64,000 bases of DNA, taken from Haliotis cracherodii (Eukaryota). The stretch covers positions 29,202,001 through 29,266,000 of the forward strand of contig NW_027266275.1 in assembly GCF_022045235.1 (NCBI RefSeq). The letters are read 5' to 3'. Positions 24,106-35,550 of the stretch are shown piece by piece; position 1 is the stretch's first letter, and each line of letters begins with the position of its first letter. The notes beneath the pieces were generated by a model that saw only the letters and a list, made by a program, of their open reading frames with translations, was not told where the DNA came from and ran no database searches. A program made the position numbers and the translations under genes.

Positions 24106-25591
24106 TTAATGAAAAGTAGTTGAAAATCGTTTGAAATAGTCGTGTTTTAAAGCAACTTTTGCTGTGATTCTTGTCAAAGGATTTAAATCTAGACACTTCC
24201 TAATAAGCGACATTAGCTTTCTGTCCGGACTATGAACACCAGATACGTCAGGCTCACTGCGGTCTGGTCCTATAAAGTGTGGCGTCTTCCCCGTCAGAGT
24301 TTCATATACAGACGCCCCAAACCTCCATACATCAAATGACTTGATAATATCATCTTGGACATCCCCTGCCTCGTTCTGTGGATACATGCTGTTCTTGCCA
24401 AGCCTGGTCGCATCGCCAAAGTTTATAATTTTGACCTTTCCACTCTGTTCAATGAGAATATGGGATGGTGTTATGTCCTGATGGGCTACGTTATTTTGAT
24501 GGAGATATTGAAGAACGTCCAGGACTTGTTTCATGATTTTCTTGATCGAACTTTGTCTCCGAGCCACACACCTCCTGTCCATGAATTCCGCCAAATTGCA
24601 CCCGCCGACATACTCGAGTATCAAGACCTGGCGCCCATTGTGTTCAAAGAGGTCGTAGGCCTTGATGATGTTTTTGTGTTGGACCTGACTGAGTATGCTG
24701 TATTCATTGGTCCATACTTTTGAAGCTTCGCCCGGCTCGGTGTTTCTTGGGTGTGACACTTTCGCTGCAAACACCTTACCATCCTTGAACACGCTGTACA
24801 CAGTGGCTGAACCACCTGAGCTCATGACTCCCCTGAAGAAGTAGCCACGGATTGTAAGGCCGATGAACGGGTCGTGTGGGAGTGAGCGGAGAACCCCATT
24901 CCTTGATTGAAGCTCTAACCGCCAGTCTTCAAGGTGACTCTGGTGACAAGGGATAGACGGGACATCTACGGGAGATTGACTGGTAACAGACTCCAGATGT
25001 CGCCCCATGAACAAATACTGTCGCCACAGCTCTGCTGCCGCGTTGTGGACATCTTCAGCTCGACGAGGATCTAAAGACAGAAATATTGTCATATTACCAT
25101 TGTGTACAAAGTACATGGATTATTACATAAAGGTATATAGCAACTACGAAGATGCATGGAAACATAAGTCTAAAATGTAATAGGGAAAACAAAGTAGGAA
25201 AAATTTAGGAAAAGTATCAAATAAAGCGATTATAGTGTTAAAATATAACAATAGAATTATGCCGGCTGGCTTAAGACATCGGAGATCACGGCCAATAGGT
25301 AGATTACAAAACCAACAAACTACACGTAGTCTTTATATGTGTATTTCGTCCAAAAAGCCTGATCTAATTTGTTTGTTAACAGGGTCGAATGTGAGATCGC
25401 TAAACGGGAGTCTGTGTCACACATTTAATCATTAATCTAAGACTCACGTGCACGACTAAGTTAGTTAAACCAAGTATAAGCCTTCTTTAAAAGGTCCCCG
25501 CCCAGATAATTCACTAAACATTTAAACCGCGTCAGCATGATAAGTACATTGAGACTGGCAAGACAAAATGGGGTTACTTACCGAACTCCAT
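24106..25591 (-). CDS. Predicted pseudokinase copy 3 (exons 25582-25591 and 24106-25070; protein identical to copy 2)
   Basis: Same motifs and splice sites; ORF-track translations of copies 2 and 3 are identical. Confidence 0.88.
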
Positions 25592-26010
25592 GTTCAGCAA
25601 GGAAATGGAAACCGATGTCCAAAGCAACACTTGAACTTATATTTTGGATCAAATCTCTCCAAATACAGCCGTGAAGAGAAAACACGTGTCGTCTCTGTAA
25701 AGCGCAAGACTTTATGTGACGTTTCCTTTCTGTGACGTCACACGTTTATGACGTCATGTGTCTGTGATGTCAGAACAGAATAGCTCTTTAGACTGGTTGC
25801 CGGCTCTCTCTGCGCATCCTCAACTTGTATACTTTCTTTTGATCGGCATTTTACAATTTATAAATTGTAGATGACAAAAATGACAGTTATGATTCTGACC
25901 GATGCTTGAATTGGGGTGAGTGAGTGGATTTCAATCTTGAACAGTATAAATATCACGACGTGTCAGCTGGATGTGGCAGGGCAGGTCTTGTCTTAGACAC
26001 ATGAATGAGT

Positions 26011-26694
26011 GGATATTACAACAGGACGACAGTGACACAGACGCCAGAACCAGTAGATATTACAACAGGACGACAGTAACACAGACGCCAGAACGAGTAG
26101 ATATTACAACAGGACGACAGTAACACAGACGCCAGAACCAGTAGATATTACAACAGGACGACAGTAACAAAGACGCCAGAATGAGTAGATATTAAAATAG
26201 GACAACATTTACATCGGAATGAGTAGATATTACAACAGGACGACAGTAACACAGGCGCCAGAACGAGTAGATATTACAACAGGACGACAGTAACACAGAC
26301 GCCAGAGCCAGTAGATATTACAACAGGACGACAGTAACACAGACGCCAGAACCAGTAGATATTACAACAGGACGACAGTAACACAGACGCCAGAACGAGT
26401 AGATATTACAACAGGACGACAGTAACACAGACGCCAGAACGAGTAGATATTACAACAGGACGACAGTAACACAGACGCCAGAATGAGTAGATATTACAAC
26501 AGGACGACAGTAACACAGACGCCAGAACCAGTAGATATTACAACAGGACGACAGTAACACTGCCGCCAGAACCAGTAGATATTACAACAGGACGACAGTA
26601 ACACAGACGCCAGAATGAGTAGATATTACAACAGGACGACAGTAACACAGACGCCAGAGCGAGTAGATATTACAACAGGACGACAGTAACACAG
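26011..26694. repeat. 44-bp VNTR, unit 3 (~15.6 copies including one 38-bp variant)
   Basis: Same unit; variant ...ATTAAAATAGGACAACATTTACATCGGAAT near 26183-26220. Confidence 0.95.
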
Positions 26695-27138
26695 CCTACG
26701 ACAAGCATAGTCGCCTTTTACGGCAAGCATGGGTTGCTGAAGACCTATTCTACCCCGGATCTTTCATCTTGATATAAGCGCATACCTTCTTGTTATGAAT
26801 GCATACCAATATGTTATTAGCGCATGCCATTTCGTTGATCCTCAGGAGGCAACATCGTGTGACTTAGCTGATAACTCATATTAAGACAGCACGTCGTTAA
26901 GGAAGGATTGGAAAACAAAACACAAAACTGAATATTTTGATTGTATTGATTCATTACATTTGATATGACAGTAAAACAGTAAAAATAACTGTCCATGAGA
27001 CACTACACATTCATGAGAAACATTCCTGGAAAATTCTTGATGAAACAGAAATTTACACACTTTCAGTAAGGGTTTTATTGATTAGACAGACGAGGACTGA
27101 CATTTGTATTGTAACATTATAATTTAAAATTGAGAACT

Positions 27139-28615
27139 TTAATGAAAAGTAGTTGCAAATCGTTTGAAATAGACGTGTTTTAAAGCAACTTTTGCTGTGA
27201 TTCGTGTCAGAGGATTTAATTCTAGACACTTCTTAATAAGCGACATTAGCTTTCTGTCCGGACTATGAACACCAGATACGTCAGGCTCACTGCGGTCTGG
27301 TCCTATAAAGTGTGGCGTCTTCCCCGTCAGAGTTTCATATACAGACGCCCCAAACCTCCATACATCAAATGACTTGATAATATCATCGTGAACATCCCCT
27401 GCCTCGTTGTGTGGATACAAGATGTTCTTGCCAAGCCTGGTCGCATCGCCAAAGTTTATAATTTTGACCTTTCCACTCTGTTCAATGAGAATATGGGATG
27501 GTGTTATGTCCTGATGGGCTACGTTATTTTGATGGAGATATTGAAGAACGTCCAGGACTTGTTTCATGATTTTCTTGATCGAACTTTGTCTCCGAGCCAC
27601 ACACCTCCTGTCCATGAATTCCGCCAAATTGCACCCGCCGACATACTCGAGTATCAAGACCTGGCGCCCATGGTGTTCAAAGAGGTCGTAGACCTTGATG
27701 ATGTTTTTGTGTTGGACCTGACTGAGTATGCTGTATTCATTGGTCCATACTTTTGAAGCTTCGTCCGGCTCGGTGTTTCTTGGGTGTGACACTTTCGCTG
27801 CAAACACCTTACCATCCTTGAACACACTGTACACAGTGGCTGAACCACCTGAGCTCATGACTCCCCTGAAGAAGTAGCCACGGATTGTAAGGCCGATGAA
27901 CGGGTCGTGTGGGAGTGAGCGGAGAACCCCATTCCTTGATTGAAGCTCTAACCGCCAGTCTTCAAGGTGACAAGGGATAGACGGGACATCTACGGGAGAT
28001 GGACCGGACACAGACTCCACCAGTCGCCCCATGAACAAATACTGTCGCCACAGCTCTGCTGCCGCGTTGTGGACATCTTCAGCTCGACGAGGATCTAAAG
28101 ACAGAAATATTGTCATATTACCATTGTGTACAAAGTACATGGATTATTACATAAAGGTATATAGCAACTACGAAGATGCATGGAAACATAAGTGTAAAAT
28201 GTAAAAGGGAAAACAAAGTAGGAAAAATTTAGGAAAAGTATCAAATAAAGCGATTATAGTGTTAAAATATAACAATAGAATTATGCCGGCTGGCTTAAGA
28301 CATCGGAGATCACGGCCAATAGGTAGATTACAAAACCAACAAACTACACGTAGTCTTTATATGTGTATTTCGTCCAAAAAGCCTGATCTAATTTGTTTGT
28401 TAACAGGGTCGAATGTGAGATCGCTAAAAGGGAGTCTGTGTCACACATTTAATCATTAATTTAAGACTGACATGCACGACTAAGTTAGTTAAACCAAGTA
28501 TAAGCCTTCTTTAAAAGGTCCCTGCCCAGATAATTCACTAAACATTTAAACCGCGTCAGCATGATAAGTACATTGAGACTGGCAAGACAAAATGGGGTTA
28601 CTTACCGAACTCCAT
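27139..28615 (-). CDS. Predicted pseudokinase copy 4, most divergent (exons 28606-28615 and 27139-28094; 321 aa)
   Basis: Same motifs; 9-bp in-frame deletion (QSH) between GGTGAC direct repeats; about a dozen amino-acid substitutions relative to copy 1. Confidence 0.88.
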
Positions 28616-29035
28616 GTTCAGCAAGGTAATGGAAACCGATGTCCAAAGCAACACTTGAACTTATATTTTGGATCAAATCTCTCCAAATACAGCCGTGAAG
28701 AGAAAACACGTGTCGTCTCTGTAAAGCGCAAGACTTTATGTGACGTTTCCTTTCTGTGACGTCACACGTTTATGACGTCATGTGTCTGTGATGTCAGAAC
28801 AGAATAGCTCTTTAGACTGGTTGCCGGCTCTCTCTGCGCATCCTCAACTTGTATACTTTCTTTTGATCGGCATTTTACAATTTATAAATTGTAGATGACA
28901 AAAAAGACAGTTATGATTCTGACCGATGCTTGAATTGGGGTGAGTGAGTGGATTTCAATCTTGAACAGTATAAATATCACGACGTGTCAGCTGGATGTGG
29001 CAGGGCAGGTCTTGTGTTAGACACAGGATTGAGTG

Positions 29036-30500
29036 GATATTACAACAGGACGACAGTGACACAGACGCCAGAACCAGTAGATATTACAACAGGACGACAG
29101 TAACACAGACGCCAGAACGAGTAGATATTACAACAGGACGACAGTAACACAGACGCCAGAACCAGTTGATATTACAACAGGACGACAGTAACACAGACGC
29201 CAGAATGAGTAGATATTAAAATAGGACAACATTTACATCGGAATGAGTAGATATTACAACAGGACGACAGTAACACAGGCGCCAGAACGAGTAGATATTA
29301 CAACAGGACGACAGTAACACAGACGCCAGAGCCAGTAGATATTACAACAGGACGACAGTAACACAGACGCCAGAACCAGTAGATATTACAACCGGACGAC
29401 AGTAACACAGACGCCAGAACGAGTAGATATTACAACAGGACGACAGTAACACAGGCGCTAGAACGAGTAGATATTACAACAGGACGACAGTAACACAGAC
29501 GCCAGAACGAGTAGATATTACAACAGGACGACAGTAACACAGACGCCAGAACGAGTAGATATTACAACAGGACGACAGTAACACAGACGCCAGAACGAGT
29601 AGATATTACAACAGGACGACAGTAACACAGACGCCAGAACCAGTAGATATTACAACAGGACGACAGTAACACAGACGCCAGAATGAGTAGATATTAAAAT
29701 AAGACAACATTTACATCGGAATGAGTAGACATTAAAATAGGACAACATTTACATCGGAATGAGTAGACATTAAAATAGGACAACAGTTGCATCGGAATGA
29801 GTAGATATTACAATAGGACAACAGTTACATTGGAAACAGTAGACATTAAAATAGAACAACAGTTACATAGGAAGGAGTAGACATTACAACAGGACAACAG
29901 TTACATCGGAAGGAGTAGATATTAAAATAGGACGACAATTACATTGGAAACAGTAGATATTAAAATAGGACAACAGTTACATCGGGAGGAGTAGACATTA
30001 CAATAGGACAACAGTTACATTGGAAACAGTAGATATTAAAATAGGACAACAGTTACATCGGAATGAGTAGACATTACAATAGGACAACATTTACATCGGA
30101 AACAGTAGATATTAAAATAGGACAACAGTTACATCGGAATGAGTAGACATTACAATAGGACAACAGTTACATCGGAAGGAGTAGACATTACAATAGGACA
30201 ACAGTTACATTGGAAACAGTAGATATTAAAATAGGAAAACAGTTACATCGGAAGGAGTAGACATTACAATAGGACGACAATTACATCGGAAGGAGCACAT
30301 ATTACAAAAGGACGACAGTTACATCGGAAATAGTAGACATTAAAATAGGACAACAGTTACATCGGAAGTAGATATTACAGTAGGACGACAGTTACACCAG
30401 TATGAGTAGACATTACAATAGGACAACAGTTACATCGGAAAGAGTAGATATTACAATGGGAAGACATTTACACAAGAATGAGTAGATATTAGAATAGAAC
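29036..30500. repeat. 44-bp VNTR grading into a more diverged 38-bp minisatellite
   Basis: 44-bp units to ~29690, then GAGTAGACATTAAAATAGGACAACAGTTACATCGGAAT-type 38-bp units. Confidence 0.93.
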
Positions 30501-30611
30501 AATAGAGCTTTGTCAGCTTCTATCCTTTGTTATTTTCCACCTTTTGTTATCTTATCAATTTTGTTGTCCTTACATGTACATATATTTGCTCTCTGCCTCA
30601 TGGCATTCATT

Positions 30612-30651
30612 CACCTGATAAAGGAGTAAGCATATACTCCGAAACGTTGTG
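30612..30651 (+). ncRNA. Minimal type I hammerhead ribozyme motif of Penelope-like element type, probably inactivated
   Basis: CAC-CTGATAA-A-GGAGTA-agcata-TACTCC-GAAAC-GTT-GTG; core CUGANGA reads CUGAUAA; T-rich tract upstream and AATAAA just downstream. Confidence 0.7.
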
Positions 30652-32129
30652 TTCCTCATAATAAAGCAGTTGACATCCATATATTCTCTTCCTTATGTGT
30701 ATCACTTCTACATACAGGGGCAATTGAGTTCGGGCCCCTTCAACACCTCGGCTGATCGTGAGGTAACTCTACATGGCCCTTCAGTGTAATTGATGGCGCA
30801 CCTCACATCACAGCCATTCTGTGCAATATTTTAGCATTCCTGTTGAAATAATTATTGGCCTCAAATACCGGCTCTTTGAAACGCTTTCGCTAAATGAGAG
30901 AGACGAGTTTCTAGAACGGTTGCCATAATTCCAAAATCATAATTACAAATAATCCCAATGTTCCATAACGAGAATTGTGCGTGCTAAAATTATCATTAAG
31001 TGAACTACTATGCTTAAATTCTATACTTTCGAACTCAAAAATTGGATTCGGTGTAATTACGAGAAATAAATTGTACATGATCCACTGGGTGCCTGTTGTC
31101 ATGGCAATGCCGATGGCCACCGAAGACGATCTCCCATTCTTGCCTGAGTGGACATATAGTGCCAAATGGGACCAGTTAGAACGTGTAATTAAGTCAAAGG
31201 CAAATTATAGCCAAGTAAAATCACAATGAAGAGAATTTCAATTATATAAATTCAAATCCCTGGCATTTATTTAAAGTAATCAATTGTCTTTGATTCTCGG
31301 ATTTGGTTTTATGTGCGTTCAAGTGTCGATTAATTACCAAAAATATTCCCAAGGACGTCTAAATGGTAATGGTGTGTCGACAATATTTTTATTCTTAATG
31401 TCCGTCTTCAATTCTTTGTATTTTCATTAAAAGCCGTAGTTAACGTTAATGGCTATTCGATAACGCAGGGTATAAATAAATCAGTCGATTGTTTGAGCCA
31501 CGTGGTGTCTCATTGCCGAGTTGAAGCACGGCAAACCAACCAATCACAAGACAGCATGCGAAGCTAAGAGGGAAATTTGGTGCGGAGATGTCATTGCAAA
31601 AGCTTTGATGCAGACGATAGGAGGAGATATACGTCTGCCTTGCAGAGGAGACTGTCAGATCCCGCCAAATAGTCTCGTTCAGCTGGGATGTCGTGTAATC
31701 CTATCCAAGCCCAAGCAACAGGACCGCCATTACCTCCTTGTCGTGTGTCCACTCTGCTGGAGTCGTGCTGGGACGCCGACGTTGTGGAAAGACCAAGTTT
31801 GCCTCGTCACCTGACAATGGCGGCAGGAGTTATGATTTATATTCTGTAATATCGCTTGTAATACATCGGTTCTGCTTCATCTAGGGTAATTTTGTCTGTA
31901 AGAGGCGTAGGAAGTGGTGATTCCCATTTGGCGCTCGCCAACCTGCGTCCGAAGTTAGCTCAAACTATCCTTTTGATAAACAGACTTATTACTTGTCCGT
32001 TTGTTGATTAACAAGACACAGATTTGGTATTTTTAGGTTGCAAAGTAAGTTAGATGGTTAGTCACAAAAATAGTGAATGACACTCATCTTTGTTTTCATT
32101 ATGATTGGTTAAATATAAACGGTAGAAAT

Positions 32130-33860
32130 ATTATTGTCCCTGATACTGCCCTCTCCATTATTGTCCATCACACTGCCCTGTTCATTATTGTCCACGACAC
32201 TACACTATCCATGACACTGTTCTGTCCATTATTGTCCATGACACTGTTCTGTCCATTATTGTCCATGACACAGCCCTGTCCATTATTGTCAAAGACATTG
32301 CCCTGTCCATTAATGTCCATGACACTACCCTGTCATTTACCCTCAATGATATTGCCATGTCCATAACACTGCCCTCTCCATTATTGTCCATGATACTACC
32401 CTGTCTATCATTGACAATCACACTACCCTATTCATTATTTCCACGAAACTACCCTATCCATTATTGTTCATCACACTATACTGTCCATTATTGTCAATGA
32501 CACTATAATGTCCATTATTGTCCATGACACTATACTATCCACTATTGTCCATGAAACTACCCTGTCTATCATTGACAATCATACTACCCTATCAATTATT
32601 GTCCATGACACTACCCTATCCTTTATTGCCCATGACATTTGCCTGTTCATTATTGTTCATGAAACTATCCTGTCTATCATTGACAATCACTCTACCCTAT
32701 TCATTATTTCCACGAAACTACCCTATCCATTATTGTTCATCACACTATACTGTCCATTATTGTCAATGACACTATAATGTCCATTATTGTCCATGACACT
32801 ATACTATCCACTATTGTCCATGAAACTACCCTGTCTATCATTGACAATCATACTACCCTATCAATTATTGTCCATGACACTACCCTATCCTTTATTGCCC
32901 ATGACATTTGCCTGTTCATTATTGTTCATGAAACTATCCTGTCTATCATTGACAATCACTCTACCCTATTCATTATTTCCACGTAACTACCCTGTCCATT
33001 ATTGTTCATGAAACTACCCTGTCCATTATTGTTCATGAAACTACCCTGTCCATTATTGTCCATGAAACTACCCTATCCATTATTGTCCATGACACTACCC
33101 TGTCCATTAATGTTCATGAAACTATCCTGTCTATCATTGACAATCACTCTACCCTATTCATTATTTCCACGTAACTACCCTGTCCATTATTGTTCATGAA
33201 ACTACCCTGTTCATTATTTCCACGTAACTACCCTGTCCATTATTGTTCATGAAACTACCCTGTCCATTATTGTCCATGAAACTACCCTGTTCATTATTGT
33301 CCATGAAACTACCCTGTCCATTATTGTCCATCACACTAGCCTGTCCATTATTGTCCATCACACTAGCCTGTCCATTATTGTTCATGAAACTACCCTGTCC
33401 ATTATTGTTCATGAAACTACCCTGTCCATTATTGTTCATGAAACTACCCTATCCATTATTGTCCATGACACTACCCTGTCCATTAATGTTCATGAAACTA
33501 TCCTGTCTATCATTGACAATCACTCTACCCTATTCATTATTTCCATGTAACTACCCTGTCCATTATTGTTCATGAAACTACCCTGTTCATTATTTCCACG
33601 TAACTACCCTGTCCATTATTGTTCATGAAACTACCCTGTCCATTATTGTCCATGAAACTACCCTGTTCATTATTGTCCATGAAACTACCCTGTCCATGAT
33701 TGTCCATCACACTAGCCTGTCCGCTATTGTCCATGACACTACCCTGTCCATTATCGTCAATGACACTGCCTTGTCCATTATGACCCATCACACTACCCTG
33801 TACATTATTGTCCATCAAGCTACCCTATCTATTATTGTTCATCACTCTACCATGTACATT
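32130..33860. repeat. 27-bp minisatellite with higher-order duplication
   Basis: Unit ACTACCCTGTCCATTATTGTCCATGAA; 269-bp block repeated (32508 vs 32777). Confidence 0.93.
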
Positions 33861-33954
33861 AAAGTTTCCACACAGTTTGCCGTTGCTTCATGGAAATATA
33901 GTGTTGAAAAATGAACTGACGTTGAGGCCTATGCTTTGTTATAGCGTTGACTCC

Positions 33955-34325
33955 CCCGTGAAGATCCGGGTTAGTGAGTGAGTGAGTTGGGTTTAACACC
34001 GCTTCCGAAGTTTACCACTTCGTCACGAGTACGGATATGGTGCTGACAAACCTAGAAACATAATCGGGGCGAACCTGGATTCGAACCCATAATCATAGGT
34101 TTCTGGCGTGTCCAAGGGACGCAACTCTGCACAGCGAATCGCAGCGCCTTAGACCGGGCCACCCGTGCCCCCGAACATACGGGTTAGAATTGGTCGCCGC
34201 CACCCATGCTAGTTGTAAGAGGCGACTAACGGGTATATTTTTGTCAGGCTCGCTAACTTGTTTGATCCATGTCATCGTATCCCAATTGCGTAGATCGATG
34301 TTAAGGATGTCAATCATTGAACTGA
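33955..34325 (+). mobile_element. Family A SINE interrupted by a nested family C tRNA-SINE (33975-34179, - strand)
   Basis: Host starts CCCGTGAAGATCC; insert has A-box GGTCTAAGGCGC and B-box GGTTCGAATCC on - strand; TSD CGGGTTAG at 33967-33974 and 34180-34187. Confidence 0.8.
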
Positions 34326-34620
34326 GGCCGTCGGGGTACAATGACACGCAATCTTTTAGTTCACCTAGCTAACCATCCTATCTATATCGTTTGGGACGAT
34401 TACACGAGAGGGACAAAATGCACGGATTTTACGACTGCTTCAACCAATTGAAACTGGCGATGGTGCATGTCCACAATGTTCAATGCGTGGCGCTTCGTAC
34501 ACGCAGTAGTGTTGTTAGAAATGTTAAGTATAATCTTCACTCGTACTTCGTAGTACTGTTATGTTAGGAGATGCTCATATACATCTGTATACACCCTGAT
34601 AGTGTCACGATACACGTTTT

Positions 34621-34776
34621 CGGGCGGTCGGGTAGCCAAGTGGTTAAAACGTTCTCTCGTCACGCCCAAGACCAGGTCTCGACTCCCTTCATGGGTACGT
34701 TCTGCTTAGCATATTTCTGATTTCCCCCGACCTGATATTGCTAAAATATAGCGTTGTAAATTAATACTAACTCACT
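34621..34776 (+). mobile_element. tRNA-Asp-like SINE family B copy
   Basis: GGTAGCCAAGTGGTTAAA..CTCGTCACGCC head; TSD TACACGTTTT at 34611-34620 and 34777-34786. Confidence 0.8.
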
Positions 34777-35550
34777 TACACGTTTTGAAGATACTTTAAA
34801 ACTGCGAACATCGAACGACTATCATCATATCTTAAAGTATTTCTTATGACAAGAGTATCCAGGGTGATGAACGGCCTAACAGGAATCGCCATTCACGTGT
34901 AGCCCATATTACGTGTAGTAATAAATGCTTGTACAGGTGTCTGGTGAAATAAGGATCACAGATTTATAGAGATTTTTCAGTAAACTTGGTCAGCATCTAT
35001 TTCTCTGTAACGCCCAAAGGTGTGTTCAGACGTAGACGTTTCCTTTATGTAAGGAAATTAGACATGACATGGCAGTTTGTCTCAGACATAATATGGACAG
35101 GTGCATATTCATTGTATTCATAAGAGATAAATACTTTTGTGTATTTAATGCATATTAAGTGTGACATATTCGCCGATAGTGGCATTATTCTGATTTATCA
35201 AGGATCAGAGTACTTTTCTTATGAATAGTATTACTTTCACCCGTTGTTTAAACCATGGAAAGTAGCAAATGCATGTTACACACGCTACGCCAAACAAGGA
35301 TACGAACCCTTTATACCAACTGTGTTGTCTCGTGATGTTAAAGCCTCCGATGTACGACGTGACTAGATTATCTCCCTTATACTTCCAATGACTCGCCCAG
35401 AGCGACGCAATGATAGTCTTTCCAATCGTTCTGATGGGCTTTTTTCACGGCATGGTTTATGCAAGTTTTGCAAAACCGTTTGACGGAGGTCGAAATAAAA
35501 ATAAAAACAAAATGATTAAAACAAGTTGAAAGGTGATTTCTGAAAAGAAT

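Larger units (their letters stand above)
18204..30500 (-). repeat. Four-copy tandem segmental duplication (first three units 2729, 2731, 3033 bp)
   Basis: Units start at 18204, 20933, 23664, 26697; each holds SINE fragment + 3' flank + kinase-like gene + promoter + VNTR at very high identity. Confidence 0.97.

Noticed and set aside
20551-30500. CRISPR-like appearance of the 44-bp repeats
   Set aside because: Repeats are contiguous with no unique spacers, no cas genes, and the context is eukaryotic
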